From an uncultured Clostridia bacterium (GTDB taxonomy: Bacteria > Bacillota > Clostridia > Christensenellales > DTU072), in contig CALVUD010000002.1 in assembly GCA_944363505.1 (NCBI GenBank), forward strand, positions 210,516 through 274,515: a stretch of 64,000 nt of DNA, in the 5' to 3' direction. Position numbers and translations under genes: made by a program. Under the pieces are notes generated by a model that saw nothing but the letters and a program-made list of their open reading frames with translations, was not told the DNA's origin and ran no database searches. Shown here piece by piece: positions 52,941 to 62,998 of this stretch. Within the stretch, counting starts at the first letter, position 1. Each line of letters opens with the position of its first letter.

Positions 52941-54368
52941 TTATTTTGTCGAAACGCCGCCCATCAGTTCTTTCTTCAGATCGTACAGTCCGTCCGATAA
53001 ATCGACCTTGTAAACGTGCGGATTTATAAGACGTTTGTACTCTTCCCAGAACTCGCCTTTGGCTTTTTCCGCGTACTTGACGATACTGCCGAGGTCGGGA
53101 AGCTCGTAAACTCTCCTGCCTTTGTCGAATACCTGAACGGGCAACCGTTTCAGAGTGTAGTTCGAAAACGTCTTTTTCTTCCACGTTTCGACGGGGTGGA
53201 ATATCGTCAGCGGCTTAGTCGTATCGAAGCTTTCGTCGGCGAGAGCAATAAGGTCCGCAGCCGCCTTTCCGTTTGAGTCGTATATGCGGTAAGTGGTTTT
53301 GAAGCCTGGATTCGTAATTTTTTCGTGGGTATCCGAAAATTTCATTTTGGGAACCCATTTACCGTCTTTGTCGCGTATTGCCGCCATCTTGTAAACGCCG
53401 CCCAAAGCGGGACGCGGAGAGGCGGTGATAAGTTTCGTACCTATTCCCCAGACGTCGATCTTTGCGCCCTGGGCGTTCAGCGAAGCGATGATGTTTTCGT
53501 CGATGTCGCCCGAAGCGAATATCTTGGCGTCGGTGTGTCCCGCCGCGTCCAGCATCGCTCTGGCTTTTTTGGACAAATACGCGAGGTCTCCCGAATCCAG
53601 CCTGATGCCCAAGGGTTTGTAACCTTTCGCTTTCAGCTCGTCGAAAACCTTTATTGCGTTAGGCACGCCCGAATTCAAAGTGTCGTAAGTATCCACGAGC
53701 AACAGACATTGTTCCGGGTACAGTTCGGCGTACTTTCTGAACGCCTCCAGTTCCGTGGGGAAGCTCATGACCCAGCTGTGCGCGTGCGTTCCGCTGATCT
53801 TGACGCCGAACATTTTTCCCGCAAGCACGTTGGAAGTCGATACGCAGCCGCCTATTATGCTCGCCCTGGCGCCGTATATTCCCGCGTCGGGTCCTTGCGC
53901 GCGCCTCAGACCGAATTCGGCGATGCCGCCTTTGGTCTCGTTAGCCATGTGCATCGCTTTTGTCGCGATCAGCGTCTGATGATTGACGATGTTCAAAAGC
54001 GCCGTTTCGACCAACTGCGCCTGGAACAACGGCGCTCTGACTGTCAACAAAGGCTCGTGCGGAAACACCATTTCGCCCTCGCGCATGGCGAAAACGTCGC
54101 CCGTGAAAGCAAAATTTTTGAGTCGCGCGAAGAATTTTTCTCCGAAACAGTTCAGGGATCCGAGATACTTGACGTCGTCCTCGTCGAAATGCAGGTTCTC
54201 GATATATTCGACTGCCTGTTCCAATCCCGCCGCCACCGCGAAATCCAGTCCCGGCTGCGCTCTGAAAAACAGGTCGAATACCGCTTCCGTATCCGCAAGT
54301 CCCGTTTCGGCATAGCCGTTCATCATCGTAAATTGATATAGATCGGTCAACAGAGTAAGATTTCTCAT
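52941..54368 (-). CDS. pncB: Nicotinate phosphoribosyltransferase
   Basis: N-terminal LLTDLYQFTMMNGY box. 475 aa. Confidence 0.9.
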   Translation of the reverse strand: MRNLTLLTDLYQFTMMNGYAETGLADTEAVFDLFFRAQPGLDFAVAAGLEQAVEYIENLHFDEDDVKYLGSLNCFGEKFFARLKNFAFTGDVFAMREGEMVFPHEPLLTVRAPLFQAQLVETALLNIVNHQTLIATKAMHMANETKGGIAEFGLRRAQGPDAGIYGARASIIGGCVSTSNVLAGKMFGVKISGTHAHSWVMSFPTELEAFRKYAELYPEQCLLLVDTYDTLNSGVPNAIKVFDELKAKGYKPLGIRLDSGDLAYLSKKARAMLDAAGHTDAKIFASGDIDENIIASLNAQGAKIDVWGIGTKLITASPRPALGGVYKMAAIRDKDGKWVPKMKFSDTHEKITNPGFKTTYRIYDSNGKAAADLIALADESFDTTKPLTIFHPVETWKKKTFSNYTLKRLPVQVFDKGRRVYELPDLGSIVKYAEKAKGEFWEEYKRLINPHVYKVDLSDGLYDLKKELMGGVSTK

Positions 54369-54380
54369 TTGTACAACGCC

Positions 54381-55283
54381 CTATTCGGCGTTACCCTCCT
54401 TTTTCGCCGGGCGGTGATAGGGATTCAGCTTCACTTGCGCGTCATCGGGTATGCCACCCTTTCCGTACCATATTTTCTCTCCCTTTTTCACTTTCAGCAC
54501 GATCAACGTTATAAGTACCGCCGCGCTCGCCACGAACACCAGCGCACAGATCAGCTGCGTATAGTTGAATACCGCGTAAATTTCGCCGTCGTCGCGGAAA
54601 AATTCCATTATGAAACGTATCAGCCCGTAGGAGAACGCGTACATCAGCAGCCCCGAACCTCTCAGCTTCAGATGCCGCTGGATAATCATCATCGCCGCGA
54701 AGAACGCTATGTCCATCACCATTTCATAGAAGAACAATGCCTGATAGAAACCGCCGAGACGCGTGATATATACCGCCGCGGGAAACCATTGCCAGGCGGG
54801 ATTAGTGATCGCGGCTCCGAAGATTTCCTGGTTCATGAAATTACCCCATCTTCCCAGCCCCTGCGACAGCAACACTACCGGAATAATAATGTCGGCAAGA
54901 TCCAGCAGGTTGACTTTTCTGATCTTGCACCATATCGCTCCGCCAAGTATGCCGAACGGAACTCCCGTCATGATGGTCAGTCCGCCGTCCCAGACCGCGA
55001 TCACTTCGACGAAATCGTCCCAGGTGAACGGACTGGGAAAATACTCGGGACGCACCATAACGTAACCGAGTCTCGCCCCTATTATCGCAAGAGGTATCGC
55101 CAAGAGGAATATTTCGACGAAATCGTCAATGACGAGATTGTGTTTTTTACCCCGCAAAACGGCGACTATAAGCCCCGTAAGCATGGCTAAGGTGATAATG
55201 ATACCGTACCATGCGATGTCTTTGCCTCCGATCGTGAAAGCCACGGGATCGACGTCGCCCGTCCAATGCGCCGCTAAAAGCAT
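54381..55283 (-). CDS. lgt: Prolipoprotein diacylglyceryl transferase
   Basis: I.WYGI pattern and the GRWGNFMNQE box. Polytopic membrane protein. Confidence 0.9.
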   Translation of the reverse strand: MLLAAHWTGDVDPVAFTIGGKDIAWYGIIITLAMLTGLIVAVLRGKKHNLVIDDFVEIFLLAIPLAIIGARLGYVMVRPEYFPSPFTWDDFVEVIAVWDGGLTIMTGVPFGILGGAIWCKIRKVNLLDLADIIIPVVLLSQGLGRWGNFMNQEIFGAAITNPAWQWFPAAVYITRLGGFYQALFFYEMVMDIAFFAAMMIIQRHLKLRGSGLLMYAFSYGLIRFIMEFFRDDGEIYAVFNYTQLICALVFVASAAVLITLIVLKVKKGEKIWYGKGGIPDDAQVKLNPYHRPAKKEGNAE

Positions 55284-55285
55284 GA

Positions 55286-56560
55286 TTATTCTCCGATATC
55301 CAGCCTGACGGCGCCCGCTTCCCTGATTTTGAGACGGTGTACGCTTTCTTTCCCGTACAATCCGCTCATGTATTCGCCGAAATGCTCGGCGGAATCGGGA
55401 TCGGTGATAACCAAAACCGTGCCCGCGAATCCGCCGCCGTGCACGCGGAGCGCCTTGACCCCGGCGTACTCGGAAGCGATCGCAAGCGCTAGCGGTATCG
55501 GCTCCGCCGTGTCGCCTTCGGGATAGCAGTTCTGGAGTTTGAGCTGAGAAGAAAGTCCCGAAGCGTTTATCAGAGCGTAAGCCGCGGAGTCGTCCTCGTT
55601 CACTATCGCCTCTTTCAGTTCGTCAACGCGCTCGTTTTCCTCGAAAAAGTGCATGGCGCGCAGAACCGCCCTGCCGGAATACTTCGATTTGAGTCTGCCG
55701 ATCGAAGCGTAAAATTCGTTTTTGTCCACGAATCTGAGCTTCTCGGCGCCGAACTCGGAAGCGATAAGGCGCATTTCCTGCATTATCGCCGCATAGTTCG
55801 CGGTCAGATTGCAATGGTCGCCGCCGCAGTTGACGACGTAAATGCTGTCGAAGAATCCCCAGTGCAGTTTGCTGACCTCGGGCGCGGAAGCGTCCATAAA
55901 GTCGATATAGCTGACCCCGCCTATCGAGATCGCGGACTGGTCCATCAGTCCCGAAGGCTTGCCGAAATACACGTTTTCCGCATATTGGGAAATTATGGCT
56001 TTTTCGACGGGCGAAACGACGCCGCCGTTATAAAAATCGTTCAATACCTCGGCGACGAACAGCTCGAACGAAGCCGAACTGGACATTCCCGCGCCTTTAA
56101 AGACGTCCGAGGTCGTCGTGGCGATAAATCCGCCGATATTATAGCCGCGGTCTTTGAAAGCGCGCGCTATGCCTCTGACCAGAGCCGCGGAATCGCCCTG
56201 CTCCCTCTCCTTCGGTTCCAGATCCGTCAGATCCACGGAAACGGAGGGATAGCCTATACTGTTCACGACGATTTTGGGTTCGTCCGTGGGACTTACCGCG
56301 CCCAAAAGATCTACGGATATTGCAGCCGCCAGAACTTTGCCGTTGTTGTGATCGGTATGGTTGCCGGCAATCTCGATACGCCCCGGAGCGCTGAACAGGA
56401 TCACTTCGTCCGCCGCGGAACCGAACGATATTCTGTGCCTGGATACCAGGTTCTCCACCCTTGCCGCGGCGTCCTCGGGCGAAGCGGTGTATAATTCGGA
56501 TACCGCAGTCAGGAACTTTTTGTTTTCCAACAAACTTTTTTTGTCGTATAATATTGCCAA
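55286..56560 (-). CDS. galK: Galactokinase-family GHMP sugar 1-kinase
   Basis: PGRIEIAGNHTDHNNG (galactokinase-signature-like) and GHMP box GAGMSSSASFE. Divergent from galT. Confidence 0.75.
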   Translation of the reverse strand: MAILYDKKSLLENKKFLTAVSELYTASPEDAAARVENLVSRHRISFGSAADEVILFSAPGRIEIAGNHTDHNNGKVLAAAISVDLLGAVSPTDEPKIVVNSIGYPSVSVDLTDLEPKEREQGDSAALVRGIARAFKDRGYNIGGFIATTTSDVFKGAGMSSSASFELFVAEVLNDFYNGGVVSPVEKAIISQYAENVYFGKPSGLMDQSAISIGGVSYIDFMDASAPEVSKLHWGFFDSIYVVNCGGDHCNLTANYAAIMQEMRLIASEFGAEKLRFVDKNEFYASIGRLKSKYSGRAVLRAMHFFEENERVDELKEAIVNEDDSAAYALINASGLSSQLKLQNCYPEGDTAEPIPLALAIASEYAGVKALRVHGGGFAGTVLVITDPDSAEHFGEYMSGLYGKESVHRLKIREAGAVRLDIGE

Positions 56561-56590
56561 AACCGTATTCTCCTTGTATAATAATCGGTG

Positions 56591-56619
56591 TTGAAATTAT
56601 ATCACAACGGTTTTATTAT
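56591..56619 (+). promoter_or_regulatory. Promoter for galT with overlapping inverted repeat
   Basis: TTGAAA (56591-56596), 17-nt spacer, TATTAT (56614-56619). The inverted repeat ACGGTTT-N8-AAACCGT (56607-56628) spans the -10 box. Confidence 0.4.
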
Positions 56620-56658
56620 GTAAACCGTAATGAAATTTTTTGTATTAAGGATTTGATT

Positions 56659-58233
56659 ATGCCGAGGAAAAAAACAAACGATACCGAAAAACCGGCTATG
56701 GCTGCAGGCGAGGAAAAAGCTTTAAAGCTGATTGCCGACCTGGTGGAATACGCCAAGCGGAAATTGTATCTGAATAAATACGACGCGGTTTACGCCGAAA
56801 ACCAGCTGCTCGCGGAATTCGGTTTCGACGCGCCCTCCGCCGAAAAAGGCGAACCCGGCGAGTTACAGAAAGACATTCTGGACCCGCTGGTAAAATATGC
56901 CGCGGAACGCGGTCTGACGACCCCGGAAGACGCGCTTTTATACGAAACGAAGCTGATGGGTTACGTAACCCCCGCTCCCGGCGAGGTCATCACCGCTTTC
57001 GACGACATAGCTTCCGCGAAAGGTCCCGAGGCCGCTACCGCTTACCTTTACGACATATCCGTCAACTCCAATTATATCCGGATGACGGACATACGCAAAA
57101 ATCTGAAATGGAACGCGAAATTCCCGTCGGGCGACCTGACGATTACGATAAATCTCGCAAAGCCCGAAAAATCCAATGCCGACGTGGCAAGAGCGAAAGC
57201 CATGCCCCAGACGAGTTACCCCAAATGCATGCTGTGTCTGGAAAACCTGGGCTACCACGGCAATCCCCGCCACCCGGCAAGGGAGACTATCCGCATCGTG
57301 CCGATGTACCTAAACGACGAGCCGTGGTTCATGCAGTTCAGTCCTTACGTTTATTTCGACGAACACTGTATCGCCGTCAGCGAAAGCCATCATCCGATGG
57401 CGATAACCGACGCTACTTTCGTCAGACTGACTGATTTTACGGACATGTTTCCCCATTACTTCCTCGGCTCCAACGCCGATCTGCCGATAGTCGGCGGCAG
57501 TATCCTCGCTCACGAACACTATCAGGGCGGCAAAAAGGTTTTGCCTATGTTCTCGCGTCCCGTCAGGGAGCATTACGCGGTCGCCGATTCGCCCGACGTA
57601 AGCGTGGATATCCTGGACTGGTACAATTCCGTTATCCGTCTTTCCTCGGTATCCCGCGCCTCGATACTTCGTATGGCGTCCCGCATTTTGGAGATATGGC
57701 GTAGCTATAGCGACGAAAGCGTGGGAGTTCTGGCACATACCGACGCCCCGCACAATACAATAACTCCCATCGCGTGCAAGGAAAACGGACGATATGTGCT
57801 GTATCTGATCCTGCGCAACAACCGCACGGACGAAAAGCACCCCTACGGCATCTTCCATCCCACCGAGGACATGCACAACATCAAAAAGGAAGGTATCGGG
57901 CTGATAGAAGCCATGGGCACGTTCATTCTGCCCGGCAGGCTTCAGAGCGAATGCATAAAGATCAGAGAGATCCTTTCCGGAGGCGCGGCGCCCGATTTCA
58001 AAGCGCTTAGCGATCCCGAACATCCGCTGTCAAAGCACTTCGACATGATAGTTCAGCTGGTATCCGAATACGGCACGTCGCTTTCGCAAAAGGAAGCAGA
58101 CAAAGCCATCGTCGAACGCATAAATTCCACTTGCGTAAAGATACTGGAATGTACCGCGGTATTCAAATCCGACGACGCGGGCAGAGAAGCTTTCGCCCGT
58201 TTCATGAACCGCATAGGAGCGGAAAAGGTATAA
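56659..58233 (+). CDS. galT: UDP-glucose--hexose-1-phosphate uridylyltransferase (long, type 2 GalT)
   Basis: Start at MPRKKTND (ATG 56659). ILAHEHYQGG box. About 524 aa, typical of Firmicute GalT. Confidence 0.85.
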   Translation: MPRKKTNDTEKPAMAAGEEKALKLIADLVEYAKRKLYLNKYDAVYAENQLLAEFGFDAPSAEKGEPGELQKDILDPLVKYAAERGLTTPEDALLYETKLMGYVTPAPGEVITAFDDIASAKGPEAATAYLYDISVNSNYIRMTDIRKNLKWNAKFPSGDLTITINLAKPEKSNADVARAKAMPQTSYPKCMLCLENLGYHGNPRHPARETIRIVPMYLNDEPWFMQFSPYVYFDEHCIAVSESHHPMAITDATFVRLTDFTDMFPHYFLGSNADLPIVGGSILAHEHYQGGKKVLPMFSRPVREHYAVADSPDVSVDILDWYNSVIRLSSVSRASILRMASRILEIWRSYSDESVGVLAHTDAPHNTITPIACKENGRYVLYLILRNNRTDEKHPYGIFHPTEDMHNIKKEGIGLIEAMGTFILPGRLQSECIKIREILSGGAAPDFKALSDPEHPLSKHFDMIVQLVSEYGTSLSQKEADKAIVERINSTCVKILECTAVFKSDDAGREAFARFMNRIGAEKV

Positions 58234-58239
58234 AGCCCG

Positions 58240-59877
58240 ATGGCGTACTTATCCCTTTACAGAAAATACCGTCCCGACACCTGGGACAAGGTCATAGGAC
58301 AAAAATACGTCGTCCGCACGCTGATAAACCAGATAGAGCGCAAGACCGTAACTCACGCATATCTGTTTACCGGAACGCGCGGAACGGGCAAGACCACTTC
58401 CGCGAAAATCTTCGCGCGCGCGATAAACTGTTTGCATCCCGTTGACGGTTCGCCCTGCGGCAAATGCGAAATATGCCGCGCTCTCCGCGGCGAAGGCAGC
58501 ATCGACATCATCGAGATGGACGCGGCGTCAAACAACGGCGTCGAGGAGATCCGCGACCTCAGGGAAAACGTACAATATCCGCCCAGCGTCGCGAAATACA
58601 AGGTTTACATCATTGACGAAGTGCATATGCTTTCGGCTTCCGCGTTCAACGCATTGCTGAAAACGCTGGAAGAACCGCCCGAACACGCCGTGTTCATTTT
58701 GGCTACCACCGAGGTTCACAAGCTTCCCGCCACCATACTGTCGAGGTGTATGCGTTTCGATTTCAGACTGGTTCCGAAAGCGGAGCTGACGGAGCATCTG
58801 GAAAAAATACTCGAAGCCGAAGGCGTACCCTACGAAAAAGGCGCGCCCGAACTTATCGCCGAACAAGGCGAAGGCTCCGTCCGCGACATGCTGTCTCTTG
58901 CGGACATGTGTCTTGCGTATTCGCCCGACAGACTCACCGTTTCCGCGGTTTACGACGTCCTGGGCACGTCCGAATTCGGCTCGCTGAAAACATTGGCGGA
59001 AGCTCTCCTCGCGGGAGACGTTTCGTCCGTGCTCTGCGAAACGGAGCGCGTTTACAACCGCGGCAAAGGTTTCACCGTGCTGAACAAGGAGCTTGCCCGC
59101 TTTTTCCGCGAACTCGTTACGGTTAAGAACGTACCCGGATACAAAGGCGATTTCTCGGAAGAAGAATTTTCCGCTATCGCGGCTCTCGCAAAACAATACG
59201 ACAACTACCGTATTGCCAGGATAATGCAGATACTCGCTTCCGCCGAAGGCGATCTTCGCTATTCCACCAGGCCGCGCATCACGTTCGAAGCGATACTGGT
59301 AAAAGCGGCGGCGATGTATACCGACGCCTCCGTCGAAGCGCTCGTTTCCAGGATTACGGCTCTCGAAAAAGCGATTGCCTCGGGCGTCGTTCCCTCCTTC
59401 AAAAGCGTTCCGGAAGCATCTTCCAAACCGCAGGTATCAGCCGACGACATACAAAAAAGGATAACCGATTTTTCGGGTACGGGAGCCGAAACCGAGGTTG
59501 CCGACGTGCAGATATTCGAAGAAAAAACGGCAACCGCTCGCGACGGCAAAGCGGAAGTGTTCATGGGAAATCTGCTGACGGAACTGCGCACGCAAAAGCG
59601 CAGGATCCTCTATAACGCGTTGAACGCGCAGCAAAATTACTCACTCCGGGACGGAGTGTTCGTCGTAAACGCCTCGGACGCGTCGTCATACGATATGCTG
59701 ACGGAGGAGAACAACCTGAAGGCGCTGGAAGACGCCGCGAGGCGCCTGAGTGCGGGAACCGTTTCGCTGAAGGTAGTATCCGACGCGGTATTGGAAGAAA
59801 AACGCGTCAAGCACACCGCCGTGGACAGGGCGAAGCTTTACGATCTGTTAGGCGGCAGACTGAAAGAGAAAAAATAA
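58240..59877 (+). CDS. dnaX: DNA polymerase III subunit gamma/tau
   Basis: N-terminal YRKYRP..W..V.GQ, Walker A GTRGTGKTT, zinc module C..C..C. Confidence 0.95.
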   Translation: MAYLSLYRKYRPDTWDKVIGQKYVVRTLINQIERKTVTHAYLFTGTRGTGKTTSAKIFARAINCLHPVDGSPCGKCEICRALRGEGSIDIIEMDAASNNGVEEIRDLRENVQYPPSVAKYKVYIIDEVHMLSASAFNALLKTLEEPPEHAVFILATTEVHKLPATILSRCMRFDFRLVPKAELTEHLEKILEAEGVPYEKGAPELIAEQGEGSVRDMLSLADMCLAYSPDRLTVSAVYDVLGTSEFGSLKTLAEALLAGDVSSVLCETERVYNRGKGFTVLNKELARFFRELVTVKNVPGYKGDFSEEEFSAIAALAKQYDNYRIARIMQILASAEGDLRYSTRPRITFEAILVKAAAMYTDASVEALVSRITALEKAIASGVVPSFKSVPEASSKPQVSADDIQKRITDFSGTGAETEVADVQIFEEKTATARDGKAEVFMGNLLTELRTQKRRILYNALNAQQNYSLRDGVFVVNASDASSYDMLTEENNLKALEDAARRLSAGTVSLKVVSDAVLEEKRVKHTAVDRAKLYDLLGGRLKEKK

Positions 59878-59926
59878 CCGATCCCGCTTTTTGCGGAATA
59901 TAATCAAACGGGAGGTAAACCGTAAT

Positions 59927-60262
59927 ATGGCTAAATTCAACGGCGGCTTCGGCGGTCAAAACATGCAACAGTTAATGCGTCAAGCCCAACAAATGCAACA
60001 AAAACTCGCCGAGGCACAAAAAGAACTTGCCGAAACCGAAGTGGTGGCTCAGTCCGGCGGCGGGATGGTGGAAGTGGTGATGAGCTGCGACCGCACTCTT
60101 TCGTCCATCAAGATCAAACCCGAAGCGGTCGATCCCGACGACGTGGAGATGTTGGAGGACATGATCGTTGCGGCGTTCAACGAAGCGATAAAACTGGTCG
60201 AGGAAGAACAGGAACGTCTGATGGGTCCGCTGACCGGTGGAAAACTGGGAGGACTTTTCTAG
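59927..60262 (+). CDS. ybaB: Nucleoid-associated protein YbaB/EbfC
   Basis: Start at MAKFNGGFGG (GGAGG RBS). QQLMRQAQQMQQKL..AQ pattern. Conserved dnaX-ybaB-recR order. Confidence 0.9.
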   Translation: MAKFNGGFGGQNMQQLMRQAQQMQQKLAEAQKELAETEVVAQSGGGMVEVVMSCDRTLSSIKIKPEAVDPDDVEMLEDMIVAAFNEAIKLVEEEQERLMGPLTGGKLGGLF

Positions 60263-60263
60263 G

Positions 60264-60845
60264 ATGATTCCCGAATCTTTGGCAAAACTCATAGCCGAAT
60301 TCCGAAAACTGCCCGCGGTGGGGCTGAAAACCGCCACACGTTATGCGTACGCCGTCCTGGAAATGAGCGACTCCGACGCGGAGGAGTTTGTTTCGGCAAT
60401 CACCGAAGCCAAAGAAAAAATCAAGATTTGTCCGCTGTGCGGAGACTACACCGACGGCGAAGTCTGCGAACGCTGTATGACCGCCGACAAATCCGTCATA
60501 TGCGTCGTGGGCGAGCCGAAGGACATTCAGGCTATCGAAAAAATCGGTACCTATAACGGTCTGTATCACGCGCTGCACGGGTCGCTGGACTTCAGAAAAG
60601 GCATCGGCGCGGACAATATACGCATCAAAGAGCTGATGTCGAGACTGGACGGCGTCAAGGAGGTAATTCTGGCGACAAATCCCGATATAGGCGGAGAAAT
60701 GACCGCAAACTATATAGCAGGGCTTATCAAGCCTACGGGCATAAAAGTCACGCGTCTCGCGCACGGTATACCTATGGGTTCGGAGATAGAATACGCCGAC
60801 GAAATGACCTTGGGAAAAGCGTTGTCGGACAGAAAAGAAATGTGA
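60264..60845 (+). CDS. recR: Recombination protein RecR
   Basis: Start at MIPESLAKLI. HhH motif (LP.VG.KTA.R), Cys4 finger CPLCGDYTDGEVCERC, Toprim domain. Confidence 0.95.
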   Translation: MIPESLAKLIAEFRKLPAVGLKTATRYAYAVLEMSDSDAEEFVSAITEAKEKIKICPLCGDYTDGEVCERCMTADKSVICVVGEPKDIQAIEKIGTYNGLYHALHGSLDFRKGIGADNIRIKELMSRLDGVKEVILATNPDIGGEMTANYIAGLIKPTGIKVTRLAHGIPMGSEIEYADEMTLGKALSDRKEM

Positions 60846-60863
60846 TCCCCCTGCCCGTACATA

Positions 60864-61877
60864 ATGGTTAGACTTCTAAGACGCGAACACGACAAAGCCA
60901 AATTCTTTTCCGTAATAATCACCGTGGCGGTGGCGGTTTGCCTTTCAGCGGTATCTTTGATACTGTTCGGCATTCATACGACCCGAACCGCGGTGGTTAC
61001 TTCCGTCTATTGTCTGACGGGGATCTCGCTTATCGCCGCGCTCGTTCAGATAATCGTTTTCAAAAACCCCGTAAAACGCGTGGCGTCCGACTTCGTGATG
61101 AGCGATTTCGTACTGTCTTTAAGAAAAAACCGCATTTTCGACAAAGTATTTTCCGATTTAAGATACCGCGTTTCGTTCATGGCTTTTATCACGCTCGTCG
61201 GAAACCTGGGTTTTTTGATCTATCTGCTGGTAATGGCTATCTCCCACCGTTCGACGTGGTTCGCGTCGCTAATCGGAGTTTATGCGGCATTATATATCTT
61301 GCGTTCCGCCATTGTTTTTGCGGATAAACGCCACGTCCGGCATAACGGAATGAAAGCGCAATGGATAATTTTCCTGATCGCGGGGGCATGTCTGCCGTTT
61401 ATCAGCGGCATAATGGTCGCGCCGATAATACAGATGGTGAACGGCAACTACCCCAAAGGCGGCGGGCTGTTCAGCGTGGTCATCAACTCCTTGTTCGCGC
61501 TGATCAAAATAATCATCGCGGTAACGGGGATAGCAAAATCGGGAAACCGCAGACAGCCCGTGGTATTCGCATTGAAAAGCGTGAACTCGGTGGTTGCGCT
61601 GGTTTCTTTGTTCAACTTGCAGATCTCGATAATAATAGCTTTCGCGAACGGATATTCGATGTGGGAGCTGGTAACCGCTCTGGGCGCCTTGATAGCGGGT
61701 TCCACGATGGGGCTTGGCGTATATATGGTAATTTACGCCGCGGTGGCGCTTAAAAAAAGAAAATACTTCGAAGAAGATTCCGACGACGGTCCGTCGATCA
61801 CGATAGACGACGCCACTCTCGACAAAATTCTTTCCGAGGCCTCAAAAGCCGACGAAAGAAACAGCCTGATAGATTAA
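60864..61877 (+). CDS. Hypothetical polytopic membrane protein
   Basis: 337 aa, about 8 TM helices, acidic C-terminal tail. I recognise no family. Confidence 0.5.
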   Translation: MVRLLRREHDKAKFFSVIITVAVAVCLSAVSLILFGIHTTRTAVVTSVYCLTGISLIAALVQIIVFKNPVKRVASDFVMSDFVLSLRKNRIFDKVFSDLRYRVSFMAFITLVGNLGFLIYLLVMAISHRSTWFASLIGVYAALYILRSAIVFADKRHVRHNGMKAQWIIFLIAGACLPFISGIMVAPIIQMVNGNYPKGGGLFSVVINSLFALIKIIIAVTGIAKSGNRRQPVVFALKSVNSVVALVSLFNLQISIIIAFANGYSMWELVTALGALIAGSTMGLGVYMVIYAAVALKKRKYFEEDSDDGPSITIDDATLDKILSEASKADERNSLID

Positions 61878-62998
61878 CGTATTCTGACCAGATGCCTTAA
61901 AGCGTTTCTCAAAAACTTTTTGGTAGCTTCGCATTTGTCTATGTCGAGCGCTTCTCTTCTGCAACCGCCGCCGCAGAGTTTATAGTATGCGCACGCCGCG
62001 CATTCCTCTCTTAAGACGCTCCCCTCTTTTAAAAACCGCACGGCGGCCGGAGAAGATTCAAGCGCCGAAAAACCGCATTCGTTTATGTTCCCCGTTTCGT
62101 ATGCGTCCAGACAGAAAAAGTCGCACGGATACGCCGTGCCGTCCGCTTCTATCACGAACTGCCTTTCGCAATGCCCGTTCATTCCGCACATTTCCGCCCT
62201 GTAACCGCGGCTCAATCTGACCAGATTGTCGAAATTCCTGACAGAAGTGTATTTCCCCGTAAGTATGTCCTTCAGATATTCGTCGAATGCGCCGCTCAAA
62301 TAAGCGTAATAGTCGTCGGCGCTCAACGAGTATTCCCGTCCGCAGGCGTCCGTTTCCGCAGAAAAATCCCTTTCCCGCGAAACCATTCCGTCCGCCGATA
62401 TACGCGCCCTTTTCAATACGGGCACGAATTGTATGAACCGCGAAACGTTGTTGCGCAAAAACCTGTACGTCTCGCGTATGTTCCTTGCCACGTTTTTGGT
62501 AACCACGCATAAGGCGTTGAACTCCACGCCGTTCTCGTTTAAAATGTTTACCGCGTCCATCACGTCCGAAAAACTTTCGCCGCCGTCGGCGTACACGCGC
62601 ATGGCGTTCAACGCCTCGGAGCCGTCTATCGACAACCCGACCAGGATGTTGCCGTGGCGGAATATCTTTGCCCACTCGTCATCTATCAGCGTGCCGTTTG
62701 TCTGCACGTTCAGATAGATCGGGGCGCCGTATTTATTGAGTTCGGATGCCCAAATTATCGCTTGTCTGAAAAAATCCTTTCCCGCGAGCAACGGCTCTCC
62801 TCCCTGGAAAACGATATAAACGGGATCTTTCTTCGCGTACTCGAACGCCTCAACGAATACTTTTTTCAAAGTGGCTAAACACATCAGCCCTCTGTCGGAC
62901 TTGAAGCGTTTCGACGCTTCGTCGCGGTAAAAACAGTATACGCAATTCATATTGCACGCGCTCGAAGCGGGTTTGATCATAACGGAAATCGCGCTCAT
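61874..62998 (-). CDS. Anaerobic sulfatase-maturating enzyme (radical SAM/SPASM)
   Basis: CNMNCVYC radical-SAM cluster box and C-terminal Cys-rich SPASM region (CAACAYYKLCGGGC). Directly downstream of a sulfatase gene. Confidence 0.8.
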   Translation of the reverse strand: MSAISVMIKPASSACNMNCVYCFYRDEASKRFKSDRGLMCLATLKKVFVEAFEYAKKDPVYIVFQGGEPLLAGKDFFRQAIIWASELNKYGAPIYLNVQTNGTLIDDEWAKIFRHGNILVGLSIDGSEALNAMRVYADGGESFSDVMDAVNILNENGVEFNALCVVTKNVARNIRETYRFLRNNVSRFIQFVPVLKRARISADGMVSRERDFSAETDACGREYSLSADDYYAYLSGAFDEYLKDILTGKYTSVRNFDNLVRLSRGYRAEMCGMNGHCERQFVIEADGTAYPCDFFCLDAYETGNINECGFSALESSPAAVRFLKEGSVLREECAACAYYKLCGGGCRREALDIDKCEATKKFLRNALRHLVRIR

